Part shown: piece by piece, positions 39,301 through 52,149 of the stretch
Layout: each line of letters begins with the position of its first letter
How positions within the stretch are numbered: position 1 is the first letter of the stretch
Source of the DNA: Dicyema japonicum
Lineage: Eukaryota > Animalia > Dicyemida
Assembly (NCBI GenBank): GCA_011109175.1
Contig: RDEW01000002.1
Span: 2,148,997 to 2,212,996, forward strand
DNA: 64,000 bases
Reading direction: 5' to 3'
The notes under the pieces: model-generated
What the model saw: the letters and a program-made list of their open reading frames with translations, nothing else
Told to the model about the DNA's origin: nothing
The model's database searches: none
Made by a program: the position numbers and the translations under genes

Positions 39301-39334
39301 TAGACCTTGTGTCTTCGACATCAATATCCATCAT
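24359..39334 (-). CDS. Axonemal outer-arm beta-type dynein heavy chain (DNAH9/11/17 class), about 64 micro-introns; 14 frameshifts and 1 nonsense codon in this sequence
   Basis: Tail, linker ([22 protein letters not shown]), AAA1 ([15 protein letters not shown], frameshifted), AAA2 [11 protein letters not shown]3 [11 protein letters not shown]4 [10 protein letters not shown], stalk, AAA5/6, C-terminal [24 protein letters not shown]. Confidence 0.95.
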
Positions 39335-39976
39335 CTCTATGGTAACTAACCTAAGCAACTGCTTTACTATTTATTTATAATGGTTAACCACTCAAATTTC
39401 CCTCACAAAATAAAATTTATTGACGGATCCACGGGTGAGCCTGCTTCCCTCATCAGCGGTTTCATATTTACCCAGTGTATTTCGGTGATCCTGCTTCTCT
39501 CACGTACTCTATTCGCGTCGCTGTGGCTGTAAATGAACAATGATTCGAGTGTCAGTTTCTGCGGTAAGGACCTCGAATGGACATAGAGCCGGCAAACCTT
39601 TCAGGTATTCAGTTACTATGGAGGGGATAGATCCTTCATAATCTAATTTATTAGCCACCTCCTCATATACATTGAGAATGAAGGTAATAGTAAACATCTA
39701 AGTGTATCCAGTCCCGATGGTGACAAGTCCTACCAAGATCACACAAAAGTTCGTCAATAACTAAGGAAATAAAATGTCCATAGCAGTCGTAGAAATCCAA
39801 AAATGCTCTAATAAACTAAAGAAAGTTTAATGGAACATTTAGATGTCATCTTTGGGTAGACCACGTGACGTCACATTAACAACATCAAGAGTAGCCATAA
39901 TCTAAAGAATTATAAAAAATGATGACTTTCAAAATACAAATTATTTTTTAATTTTATATTTAAATAAAGGCGCCAA

Positions 39977-40646
39977 ATGAACAAAGTGTTCCCTATAACG
40001 AATTATCCAGAGACTATAGCCGGCAATTACGTAAGAATTAAGGGGGACAAATTCAAGTAATCATTAACTAATCATAGTCAATGCAAATCTTTGTTCTTCC
40101 AATCAGCCATCGAACTAACTCGCGATGGATATGAGGTCTACTACATCAGGGACTCTCCCCTTGATAGCCTCCCTCATCCTGTAGAGGGAATGCACTCTCC
40201 CCAGCCACTATTCTTTAAGAAACTTAAATTTTTGTATTTTCCGGCTAATTTCAAGTTATTTCCGGGAAACCCGGGACTTCTGCAAGCTTCTATCTACTCT
40301 CCACTGCAACTCCCCCACCCCCAAGGCTATCATCATCGAGAACTACGACCTCCTAACAACAGACAGACGTGCATTTAGCCACGTGTCTGCTCAGCTGAAG
40401 GATGCGATCAGCTATCTGACTCACAAATTGTCATCTTATACCTAATCCATAGTAAGAGTGACTTTTACTTCTATCTATCCTGCAGAATGTCCACAGACTA
40501 CTTCGACAAGTTCTTCGGTCCATTTTGGACCATTTCAGGTTATAACTAAAGTAATCAGAGAACTGGGAGACGGTTATATCCTCCACAGAGACTCCACCAC
40601 CATTAAATACACTATAAAGGACGGAGTTGTTGTATTAAGTCAATAA
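39977..40646 (+). CDS. SWSAP1-like RecA/RadA-family protein
   Basis: KSLFFQSAIELTRDGYEVYYIRDSPLDSLP...KKLKFFYF...KLLSTLHCNSPTPKAIIIE parallels SWSAP1 (KTALLFAAALE...PLQSMP...QKIRFQY...PSLLLLD); 3' exon structure is inferred. Confidence 0.65.
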
Positions 40647-42263
40647 TTACTGTGTTTACTATAATTTGTCTGTTCGAAGAGGTTATTCAAGGAATATGGC
40701 TCTGTGCTGAAGGCTGGCTCGTCATCTAGTATTATCTGTGAGGACATTAGTCCCAGTGCTGGGGAGTACTGGGTGGCTCGTGACCCCAGTCCACCAAGAC
40801 AAAATAGTTTCGCGCATTTTGGGTGTTTGCCTGCTATGGGTCGGTCACACGTATCCTTGTTAGTTGTCCACGTGTCAGTCACCATAAATAAATGGATAAT
40901 ATACTCGACATTCTTCAAAGGCTGGTAAAATCGACGAAACCTCCTTCCAAATCTCTGTCGGAAGTGAGTCCTCGGTTTCAGTCTCTCCCACACAAGATAG
41001 ACGGTAATTATTGGCCAAATCAAGTCTATGGAGGGAAAAATTGTTAGTTTCAATAACAGGCATGTCCAATATAGGCCCACGTGGGCAATGTAGGTTGAAG
41101 TGGAGTACTTGCCTACATCAGTAAAAAAGATAACCTTGAAGAAATGTGGACATAATCCTCGTTGATGGGACAAAATAGGCGGGAAACATCGGCCAAACTA
41201 GCCCCACCAGCATTAACAAAGGTGTGAGCCTTCACATAGAATATTCTACCCTCGGGAGTCACAATCTGAGTAACAAAAAGGTAAACCTGCACAAATTTTG
41301 GAATAATCTCCTGCTCTAATAAAGAATCTTCAAATTCTACGTTCTTAACCATCCCTGTGGCATATATGGCCCCCAATTTCATAGCCTTCTGTCTGTAAGC
41401 CCTAATGAGGGCGACTGGGTCGATCACTCCCGAGTGGTTTCTGGCTAAAATAGACATGGAATCCAACAGTAAGCGACAAAGTCATAAATTGGAGGTAATT
41501 TGATCCACGGAAACTTAGTTTCCAATGACTCTCTGTCATAGAGCTTCATGTCAAGCCCAAATTGCCTAAAATTAGTTGGAAAGTACTGTAGGAGGTTCTT
41601 TATGTTCATAATCCCCTCAGAATTATTAGAAAAGGTCAAATGTCCGCAGTGGTTGAAGGGAATCACGGATTTCTTGGTTTGGTGGCTTTGGAGGAATCTA
41701 GCCTGTTCGCGGAAAAACCGGATGGAATAAACGAGCATCTCCAGCTGTTCAGGCGAGGTGGCGAGGAGAGAAATGATCCCCCCACTACTACAGCTGTGAC
41801 TGTGCTTCCCCTAGAACTCCCTATCAGGACTACAGTGAAGTCAGTGTCCACCACCAAAGTGTTGAGAGAGAAAGAGTGATCTTTCTTCAAAAAGTATGAA
41901 AGGGCACTCCCAAGGACGCCTCCCCCGATTATCAGGAACTCCACTTGTCGGGGGATTATGAACTCTGGCCGGTCGAGGGGGTCTTGATTTATAAAGATGA
42001 GTACTGATAAGGAAGTCATCCTTGAGGACCTTCAGAACATTGTGTTTGGAGTCAATACGGGGCATTTGAATAGGAAGAGACTGGGGGCTGTCCCATTTGG
42101 TGATGGAGGTAGGATCTCCTAGGCGTAGTTTGCCCTTCTCGTATTTTTCAATTTCGAATTTTCTTGGTTTTATTAGGGAAGATGTGGTGGTCCTCACTAT
42201 CTCACAGGATTTGTCCCTTTGACTACATTTTCTCAATGGTAGACATGTGAACGCACATCGCAT
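40640..42263 (-). CDS. FOXRED1: FAD-dependent oxidoreductase, FOXRED1-like (DAO/sarcosine oxidase family)
   Basis: FLIIGGGVLGSALSYFLKK (GxGxxG), ESLETKFPWI, GVIDPVALIRAYRQKAMKLG, VNAGGA, C-terminal HPKCAKLFCLGGLGSRATQYSPALG. Confidence 0.75.
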
Positions 42264-43283
42264 TGTTACTGTTAAATTTAATATTTTTTAAATTAAAATA
42301 TATTTTAATCATGAGTATATTTGAAGATTGACCAGGTAGCAAGTAGTTGTCGCTGTCGCTCGAATACTGATTAGCTGTGGGCTTGATTTTCACCTACCTG
42401 GTCGAAGAATTCTTTGCTGCTCTTTTCCTTCTTTAAATCCTAAGAGGTGTCATATATTCGCATGTCTCAGTAAATAATCCTTTGAGACACAGACACATGG
42501 ATTTGATAACATCTCGCTTATTGAATGAAGGAAGAAACGGGTAGAGCATAGGAAGAGAACTATTGACCAAATAGGTAGCAGGTAATTTGAACCCAGGATC
42601 ACCGTTATTGGTGTGCAACACCAAGAAGAAGTTGGTACTTAACGGCTAATTAAACGTATCCAGTTACCACGGTCGCGGAAACAGAAAGTCCTTCAAACAA
42701 GTTCATACAGAACGAACGGAAGGAAGAGAACAAATACAAACCTTGCAGTAGTGGGGACCTTCCAAAGAGGGTAGGGAGAGCAAATTATTTTTTTCATACT
42801 ATCCCGTCACTGGTCACCACCCAAGTTAAGTAGATCACATGAAGCCACTCTAATAGAACGAGACAAGATGAGGGACTATGGATTTTGATTAGAAGTTCCT
42901 GATTTCCTTCACAGGACTGTGGGGAATGAAAACTTAACTGTTTCAATAACGATTTCTATGCAAATAACATTCAAGTGTCAAAGTCAGTTAAAGGGATTTG
43001 TCACTGTTGAACCCCCCATGTGATCATCATAAACCGGGTTCGAGAGCATAAAGAAGATTATCATCTTTTACCCATTCTTTAAACCTAATACCACGTCTCC
43101 AACCCTGGCCTTATTCAAACTGAAACTATAAGCTCTTCAGTCTTTTTGGTTACCAACGATTAACCATGCGTCCGTTCTTTCACTGAGTGGAAAGTCTATG
43201 ATCATCCCAAGGGAATATGATTGCCACAAAAATCATTAAGTAGACCCCGCAGGTTCAACGATGAGCTCGTATCAACCTTTAAG

Positions 43284-43474
43284 TGGCACGAAAAATGATA
43301 ATTTCCTCTCCCCCACTTCACTTAAGGGATTCTCACATCTGCAAGGACTGGACGTTTTTTTCCTTTCGTTCTGGATGAACTTCTTGTGATATTGAAGGAC
43401 TCTGGTTCTGCGGTCATATGAACTTTGCACAATCAAGACTTCTTTCTCAGTATATCCGGAGTTAATAAATTAAT
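43284..43474 (+). mobile_element. Diverged copy of subfamily B element
   Basis: TGGCACGAAAAATGATAATTTCCTCTCCCCCACT..CTGCAAGGACTGGACG..GGACTCTGGTTCTGCGG..TTCTTTCTCAGTATATCCGGAGTTAATAAATT aligns with the reverse complement of 44113-44310. Confidence 0.8.
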
Positions 43475-43574
43475 TGTACTCTCATACCCTCTTCCCACTC
43501 CTTACTAAATGACTCAGCAATCAAAAAGCGTGGCTCATTTCCTTTGTCTCTGCGGTGGACAAACAGATCAATGG

Positions 43575-43862
43575 ACAATAAATCATTATGAATTAATGGA
43601 CACGTGGTATCTCTTCCTTCTTTGTGGTGACATCATTGGATCAATCTTACCCAAGAGATGCCCGATGCCTGGCCGGAATTTAAAAACATTCTTTCCACCA
43701 CGAGAAAATTTCGTTCCCTTGAGAAGTGTTCTGGAATCTACCTCAGCTCCCCAGACAAAGCCCAATGGATCATGTGCTTGGGTAAGGGTTCTGCTGGAAC
43801 GCGTCATGAACAAGGAATTATTTTGGTTTACCCTTGGTCTTTGGGATAATTTAATTATGTGA
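43575..43862 (+). mobile_element. Subfamily A interspersed element
   Basis: Homologous to the reverse complement of 52150-52405 (GCCCGATGCCTGGCCGG / GCCCAATGCCTGGCCGG; GCTGGAACG..TTTGGTTTACCCTTGGTCTTTGG). Confidence 0.75.
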
Positions 43863-44112
43863 ACTCATGCCTAATTAGTCCTCAAGTAGTAGTAATCAGT
43901 GTAGCTGACTAACAAAGGGAGCGCTAACAGAGGGTCCAAATTAGTGTTTCGCAACTTTTTTTCGTATCCCCCTATGAAAAAAATTTCGCCCCTGTTAATA
44001 ATTCCCTAAGGACATATCGCCATTTCTTCTTATTATCAATTCGGAAGATTTTGGGGAGTATATTTATAGCCATTTCTACGTACGGAAGTATAGCACTCGA
44101 CAATTATGGTTA

Positions 44113-44358
44113 TTTAATTTATTAACCCCGGATACACCGAGAAAGAAGTTAAGTAAACACTAATTAAGTGTATCCAGTTTTCACTTCCACAGAAACAGAG
44201 TCCATCCGGAATCACCATAAAGGGTAGGACGTCCATACTTGCAGTTGTGGAAACCCCTCCAGTGGAGTGGAGGGGAGCAAATGATCCTTTTTCGTGCCAG
44301 CCAGGCACTGGGCGCCACCTAGACAGGTGGATCACATGACACCTGCAAAATGATGTAA
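44113..44358 (-). mobile_element. Subfamily B element with GGATACAC/GTGTATCC hairpin
   Basis: Near-identical to 22367-22580 and the reverse complement of 52560-52764; stem arms 44130-44137 and 44168-44175. Confidence 0.9.
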
Positions 44359-44429
44359 TTTTTATTCTTTTGTTCTTTTTTGTTTTAGGCTAGACAGGTG
44401 GATCACATGACACCTGCAAAATGATGTAA
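44319..44429 (+). repeat. 40-bp direct duplication at the 5' end of the B element
   Basis: CTAGACAGGTGGATCACATGACACCTGCAAAATGATGTAA at 44319-44358 and 44390-44429. Confidence 0.95.
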
Positions 44430-44519
44430 ATTCAATATATTTTCCTGGAGTTGTTAATTATTATATATGCTATCGGGGGACCTATCTGTCATAGAGGTAT
44501 ACAGTTCTGTCAATTCCCA

Positions 44520-45572
44520 TACAATACCAAATATATGAAAGAACTCATTGATTACTCCAATTCTCAAGCATGGAAATCAAAAGACATTCCATCCTCTTAT
44601 CGCCCTGTCTCCATAAATTACGCCTTGTCAAAAGTGTTAGAGAAGCTTGTACTAATGTTAATCTCCCCTGTTCTACAATTCCCTGATTTTCAATATGGAT
44701 TCAGAGCGGGTCGTTCTACAACGACGCATTTGGGATCTGTCTCCCAATTCATCACAGAGGATTAATCAGGAAGACGCACTTACGAACGGCTCTGGGTCTA
44801 ATTTTACACCCGAACATCATGCTTTGGCTGGAAAATTTCGTAAATAGCTGACGTGGAAGATTCTGATTATCGCTGCAAGAGACAAATCTCCTTCCAGGAC
44901 TGTGACGGTGGTTCAGCCACACCTCAACCAGGTGTGTGAGTGGCTATCCATTAATTTACTGTCTATGTCTGCATCTAAGTCTCAGTTCACCATATTTACT
45001 ACGGACAGAAGACTTGAAGGTGGACTTGAGATATTCCTCGGAAACATTCCCATTCCTTATACGCGAATTCAGAAGATCCTTAGAGTGACATTCGACTCTC
45101 TTATGACTTCTCCAGTCATACGAAGAAAGTTTAACAAAAGGTCTTCGAAAATAGAACGTCTTAAAAGCCATCATAAGAAGAGCCCCTCTCACCTACTGCT
45201 TGTATCAGTGAGTTATTGTGACGTCGATTGAATATGCCTGTTCTGCTTGGAAATTTGCTATTCCCTCTACGAGGGTCGAGCGTATGAACTCTCTCAGACG
45301 GAAGATCATGCGGCATATGCATTTAGACTCCACATCCATCCCCAGTCTCCTTTCAGAGGAGGCGATGGTGAGAAATGGGCAGAGCTTCTTACGTATGTGC
45401 AAGGAGCTAGGAAACCCATTCAGAGAGAGCGGTTCATGAGGAGGAATTCAGATTAAAAAGTGCACTCCAATAGAATTCCTCTACAGACATAAAAGAAGAC
45501 ACTTCAGGAACGCTGAGCTCACTGGCGGAGCATCAGAGATTTCGAGAAATGCTAGAGGCTGGGATCACTTAA
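44520..45572 (+). mobile_element. 5'-truncated, internally deleted LINE RT, related to the 17470-19870 element
   Basis: SYRPVSINYALSKVLEKLV, FQYGFRAGRSTTTHL, HLNQVCEWLSINLLSMSASKSQFTIFTTDRRL (compare IFTTNRRL), TSIEYACSAW; ends AGIT*. Confidence 0.85.
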
Positions 45573-46327
45573 TTTAGCGAGGAAAAGTGGAAGTACAGTC
45601 TTTTCGCAAAGAATTATTGATAATGCATCAAATTCCATGCTATTGTGATTACATTGGTTGATAGGGTTACTAAGTATGACGGGGAAAACTTGGGACAGTT
45701 GGTGGTGGATAGAACTATCCCACTTAAAGCAATCAATTGTGTTCAGAAAAACACTCGAAAATGAGTCTCTGGGTCTTTTTGGCCTAATTGACCTATCCCA
45801 TTAGTAAACCTCAAATGGCTAGTCAATTAGTCAGAAAGTGGTGGCGCCCCCTTATTTCATGGAATTGTCTTCTCAAGAAAAATTCTCGTCCGCCTTATGG
45901 ACGAAATAACAAAAACAGGAGACATCTGATAAACTATGTTCATGAACAAAGGAACCGTAAGATAAATCAACCCAATAGGTCCGAATCACTACTCTCCCAA
46001 ATTTTGGGACTGGGCTGCTAGACCATTAATTACCCAATCATTGATTAAGCCACAAGGAATGCAACATTCATTAACAACGGAAATTTTATAAAATAACTGA
46101 AATTTAATCGAAATGATATATTCTCAAAAAATTCGATAAATGTGGTTTTATGGAATTGATTTTTTTGATAAAATAATACCACCAAACCAGCCTCGGGCAA
46201 TGCAAGCTTCAACCACTCGGTGTCATATCAACCCACTCAATATCATGGTCAAGACAGGGAAGCTTAGAATGACTTAAAATCAATATTTCAGAAATTGTTA
46301 ATTTGTTAGATTTAATTAGTCTGGAAC

Positions 46328-47927
46328 TTAGGACTTGCTGAATACGGTGTTCCAGTTGGACAAGGCTATGGAGTTTTCGTTGTAAGTCTTGTTTTTGGTC
46401 TCGGGGATGTAAAAGAACAGGAATATGAATCCAAAGAAACAGATTCCCGCGAAAACGAGCAGAATATAGTTTTTGGCGGCAGGCTAAGATATTTAGTCAG
46501 ATTACATTTTCGACGGCTGGCTTGAAGACCCAGAAGGCAAAGAAGTTCGCCACGTTGGCTATCAGGACTCCTCCTGCAGCAGCCTTGGACCTCACGTCCT
46601 GTCTGAAATACTCCACCATCAAGGCTTGGGGGACTATTCCAAATGAAATTGCAAAGAAGATGATGAAAAGGTAAACAGCAAGCACAGAGAGAATGGACAC
46701 AGAGTACACCAGGGAGATGACTTCCAGTATAAGAGTGACGATTATTCCCAAGAGAGGCCAGATTAGGAGAGGACGTCTCCCAAGGATATCAACAAAGGGG
46801 ATCTGTGGTCTCATAAATTAGCTTACAGCAATGATTGTCGCCACACAGTTGACTATCCCGGTTCCCATGGATGCGTAGGGAATTTTGTCCTCAGGGATCT
46901 TGGCGCTTGCATAAATGTTACGAGAAAAGGTGAAGATCTGAAATATGCCACAAGATCAGTATACCACGTTGATCCCACTGAACTGACAGACAAAAGAAGC
47001 TGATAAACATAATTGCCAAGGGTTTGCTAAGACTCTTCTGCTGGAAGAGTTCTTTCCACGTGAGATTTGAAACCGCAATATTTGAGGATTCGACGATCAT
47101 CTCCTTGATTTCTTCCTCAACAGCCTCATCTGAGGTTCTTAACTTTTTCAAGTCTAAGATAAAGATAGGAGGCACACTTTCTCGGGCTTTTTCTTCGTCA
47201 TTCTTGGTCAAAAGCAGGTATCGTGGACTCTCGGGGAAAAAAATGAAGACAGCACAGAAAACAATGGCAACGATTCCCGGGATAAGCCAAGTAATGTGCC
47301 AAAGGGTTGGGTTTCCGAAGATTTGCCTCAAAGTGAGGAGTTCGGAGAGGAAAATCCCAAAGGTGATGGAAAACTGGTGGACTGCAATGACGCCTCCTCT
47401 TATTTCCTTGGGGGATATTTCGCTCACGTACATACTTACTATTGGTACCAGAATCCCTGGGAGTTATATGAGTAATACAAACCCACACTAAGTCCTGCAA
47501 TGAAACGGGAGATGAATAATACTTCAAAAGAGTTTATAGCTCGACAGATTCCTCCCAAAATGGCTGCTACGATCACGAAGGAGCTGTTGAATATGAGCCC
47601 CATCTTCCTTCCAAAATATTCTGCGATGTATGGGGATGAAAATGCTCCAATGGTGGCTCCAACCAGGTAAATACTAGCCACTCCAGACCAGATCAGTCCC
47701 CACTCAGCGTTGAAATCGGTGTAGAACTTATTATATCGAGTCGCCAGGATCTTTCTAGTGAAGATTTTGGCTTCCTAAAGTCACCAATTTCCAAATACGG
47801 CTTCAATGCCGTCGAGCATTCCATTCCCATATCCATACACGAGTGATGTCCCCGCGACTGAAATAAACACAGCTAGAAAATAAGTAGTTGTGAGTTTCTT
47901 AAACGCATCCGATCTTGTTTGTCCCAT
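46328..47927 (-). CDS. Facilitated glucose transporter (GLUT/SLC2A, MFS sugar porter)
   Basis: GTSLVYGYG, YFGRKMGL, MYVSEISPKEIRGG, FFPESPRYLL, CQFSGINV, LGRRPLL, VEYFRQDVR, C-terminal PETKNKT; one apparent +1 T near 46993. Confidence 0.92.
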
Positions 47928-48558
47928 TAAACGGTTGGATAGGCTAATGTTTTTATAGCAAATTCACAACCACAGTTTAATTACTTCAATTCAGATAAAA
48001 TATTTGAAATGTACACCACACCTGCCAATTAAGAAGCCACAAGTCACATTCCTAACTGGAAATTATTTAATGTCCCAATATGGATGGTAGGGTTACTAAG
48101 TACGGGGAAACTCAAAAAGTTGGTGTTGGATAGTTCATCGAGTGGCTCAGTGTAACGAGTACCGGGAAATGACCTTATTGCCCCTAGTTCTAATCTCGCT
48201 GCTGTAAATTCCGGCTGAAGGTTCCACGCATTTACGATCCTTTGGCTTGACGTGTGACGCCATCATCGATGAACTTCTCACAGCGGAACTAGGTAGTCTA
48301 AAAAAAGTCACACTTAACAAAAAGAAAAAAACAATTAAAGATCATTTCTTGATTATCCCCCATCGATTAGTTATAATAACTTTTTTACTTAAATAAAGCG
48401 TGTGTCCTGCCTGGGGGAGGATTTCGTAAAGTGCAGTATTATTGTCTCGGCAATCACCGAACAAATACCTGGTGTCCCTAACCCCAAAACAGAGTACTTC
48501 TCACACGTAATAATATGATGCAAATAAAACCCACAAGGAAAACACAAATATTAAAAAT

Positions 48559-51313
48559 TTAACAATCAGGTTTAGAAATGATCTGCTTAGCCTCCAACAT
48601 TAGCTGCTCAGCCTGGTCAGATATGGATTGCTACAGTCACACCAAGCCAAACCATGGCAGCTTTAATAATCTTCCAGGCCACTCCCAGGGATAAATTTGC
48701 CACTCTGTCTGTCAGCTCCTTGGGATTACTGTAGGCGATCATCTGCAGTGTTTTGTATCCCGCCTTATGAAGCTGTTTGGCTCTTATCTGACCCACAAAG
48801 GGGAGACCCAACAGAGGGACTAGATCACTGTGTATGGAGTGGTTCAAACGGGCCACAAAAGCGGGGAGAATCATTTTATAAGCCCAAAATTCATCCAATT
48901 CCTCAATAATCAACAATAAGAAAAAAACCTCCACAAAATGAATCAAATTGGCAGCAAACGAACCGGCAGAGTTGACCAAATTCTGCACAAACCCCCGATT
49001 GACCTAATAATCAGTGAGAAGACAACCTGATACAAATCTGCCACATCAATGATGGACTTATTGCTACACAGTGAATTCAGCATGAGTGACAGGTAAAACC
49101 TGACAACCAGCTCGGTCTCCACTTTCTACAACTCAAACAAATCGATAACCTCACTCACTTTGCTATTTCCCGCAGAAAGAGTAACACACTCCTCAGAAAT
49201 TCCCATTCTGTTCATCACCAGTAATTCCCCCTTATCGAGGATGTTCACCTGTCTCATCATCACACGAAAATCAGGTTTGATTTGATCCGTCAGGTCGTAG
49301 GGAGTAATTAGAGTCAGTAGATGGAACTGAGTATTGAGTACTAAGCCCGAAGATAGTCCAAACTGGAGATCTCTGTACAGATTTTTGCAGTTTCTAATAT
49401 CGACGGACCCTAAAATATCAGAACTTCCTACCTTTGCAAGAGCCCCGTCGAGTGGGTCACTTTCAAGGTCCCTTCCTCACTAACTTCAACGAGACCCCCC
49501 TCCTCCAGAGAATTAACAGATTCAGTAAAGGACTTTAAAACGTCATCATTGAACTGTCGAAAGGCCAATGTTTGCTGAGCAAAGTGAACCAGAGAAGACA
49601 GAGAGTCCACCAGCTAATATAAGTTACCATGGCAACCCCAAAGCAAATGACTGAGAGTATTAAATTGCAGATAAATCGTCTATCAGCAATGAGGGAGCTA
49701 CAGCAGCACATATTATCGTCAGAACAGGTCCCCAGTCATCAAAGCCAAGGCCTGTGGTTATTACAACGATTACAATATCTCTCTGTGACTCCTGAATAAT
49801 CAATAACTCTCCCCCACGTCGTCTAGTCCCGCTCTACCGGCCCGCCCACTCATTTGTCTGTACTGAGCTGGAGACATTGGGTCAATCCCCACAAACGGAG
49901 ACCGGATGATAACTCTACATACAAGTAACCAATACCTCTGAGCAGGAAGATTAACCCCAGCAGCTAACGTGGAGGTGCAGCAAAGTACAAGTATCACCTT
50001 GCTATTAAACCCATCCTCCAGAAGTTTTCTATCCTCATTGGTAAGCCCCCCGTGATGGTAGGCAACCCCATATACGATGGTTTGTCGCAAAATACTACAC
50101 ATATTACCCCCTGATTCGTTCTCCAAGTCCGACAGGAGACGAGTTTTCCCGCCAACCTTTAACCTCTTGAAATTCCTATGGTCATTATTTGAATCACTTT
50201 GGCATTAGTTTGCATAACATGAGGGCAATGTTCTCACAATTCTTACGGGACGGGCAAAAAATGAGACAGGACTTCTTAGGAACCACCTCCGAGACTAATC
50301 CGGCGAGGTGGTCGCAGTCAAGCTCAATCATTTCCCTAGTATACTATTATAAAGGTAAAAAATTCACAGGATAGTCCACGGTTCTGCTCAGTTCAAACGT
50401 CTGGTCATGTTTTACGCCGTAAATTGACTTTTCTAGCTTGAGGAACTGTTTGAGGACAACCTAGAGATAAAAATGGGGGGTACTGGTCGAAAAGAGCTCG
50501 AAAAAATCTCCGCGGACAAAAAACCCTTCAGATCTTCTATTCTGGCCAGAGTAGAACTCATTCCGATAACTTGGGGACCTGCCTTCGAGGACATTATCTT
50601 GGTAATCAATCCTTCCAAGAGAGCAGCTCTAACGCCTCCCCCGCCGATCATATGAAGCTTTAATAAAATCAAATTCTACCTCATCCACAATGACCAACCC
50701 CAATTCGTGGGACCTACTGGTCTCCAGAAGAGAGTCAAAAAGAGAGTTTGCCTTCTCGATAGTGCATATATACACCGACCTTCTGGTTCTCCGAGCAGGC
50801 GGGATCTGACCTCTTCCACCAGCATATTCTTCGACTCGAAAGTCAAACTCGACGGAAAACTCTGTGAGGGAGTCAACTTTCTCCTTCACAATGGCCACAA
50901 AGGGAAGAACGATGATTACGTTCTTTTGCTGGCACAAAATTTGTCTAAGGGCGCAGAGTTCAGCAATCACAGTTTTTCCACCACTGGTTGGAAGGGAGAG
51001 GATTATATTCCCACCCTTTCTGACTGAATCAAGGGATAGCACTTCCTTCTGCCAGTCTTCAATTAGAATACTAGTAACCATAGAGAGAGGGGATATTCCT
51101 CCTTACTCGTAAAATTTCAGCTACACGAGATGGTAGTCCATAGAATCCCCCAATTGCTGATTGGGAGGTAATTTCGTCAACATGGGAAGCCAATATTTGG
51201 TTTTGGTTGTTTTGAATGTGATCCGTTTGTGGTCTAAAGCGTTCTATGGACTTTCTGTTTGCTATAAGCCTTTCTACATTTTCAATATCTCGTAACGGTT
51301 TTGATCCCTCCAT
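48559..51313 (-). CDS. HELQ: HELQ (Hel308) Ski2-like DNA helicase
   Basis: [44 protein letters not shown]|[59 protein letters not shown]; apparent 1-nt lesions near 49804 and 49450. Confidence 0.93.
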
Positions 51314-52149
51314 TTCACATTAATGATTTAATAATTATTTATTATTTTAGATTTTAAATAATAATTAAAATAATTTATTTAAACATTCATTAACTGAACT
51401 GAGTACGAGATATCTTAAGTCACGTGTGCAATTTGTTAGTTCTATCATAATGCGTTGTTCGGCTCCTCCAAATTATCCTAGAAAGGAACTACGATGTTCC
51501 CTCTCCAGTTTTTCTCCGAAAACTTCCGAATAGAGAGATTTTTATTGATCTTAGGAATTCAAAAAATTATTTGTTGTAAAATCCAATAATAATTATCGAG
51601 TTTCTAACCAAATGGAGAGAACTGCACTGATTTAATGAAGTTCTTTTTCTCGACAGGTTCTTTTACTGAGTAAATCACACGTGCTTCCTCGCTCCAACTT
51701 GGCGCCATGCCCTTCATGGACGCTAACATTATTTTGGTGTCACGAAGATCATTGTTATTCGATATGGAATCACTATTAAAAAATAAATACTGTGGACGGA
51801 CACATGTGGAGAGGTGAACCAACAGTTATATACACTCTCAGTCTTTTCGAGGTTATTTTACTAGACTTACTATTTGACAGTACCTCTCAATTCTTTAATT
51901 GACTTCGTGGCTGTGTTCCTGTTCCGTCTTCATTTTTCCGTTACGTCAGATCAATCTGACTTGGTTGTTATTTTTCTTTTATTCGTAGGGTTTCTTTACT
52001 TGGGGGACCGGGGTAAGTAAAATTCTTAAATGACAATCCTTAAAACCAGATTTCTTAATACACGCCTACCAAACAGGCACATTAATTCTTAATGACATCT
52101 GTCCGTGTGGAGAGACTGGGATATCGGGGACTCAAGCATAAAAGGAGGA

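Noticed and set aside
33100-39334. Idea of a deliberately motor-less, tail-only dynein
   Set aside because: The tail also has a frameshift (about 38369) and similar lesions occur in WDR3, DLAT, GLUT, HELQ and CAB39, so the pattern is window-wide.
39690-39715. GTAAACA..TAAGTGTATCCAGT resembling the element B hairpin arm
   Set aside because: About 20 nt only, with no flanking homology.
44275-44292. AAGGATCATTT in element B resembles U3 box A and the 18S rRNA 3' end
   Set aside because: No U3 A', B, C or D boxes and no other rRNA similarity; a 10-nt match only.
44114-44335. Short ORFs in the A/B elements as a peptide family
   Set aside because: Frames are not conserved between copies because of indels; the similarity is at the DNA level.
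51604-51822. NFIKSVQFSPFG, like the first WD40 strand of WRAP53
   Set aside because: No continuation before the HELQ promoter; cannot support a gene call.
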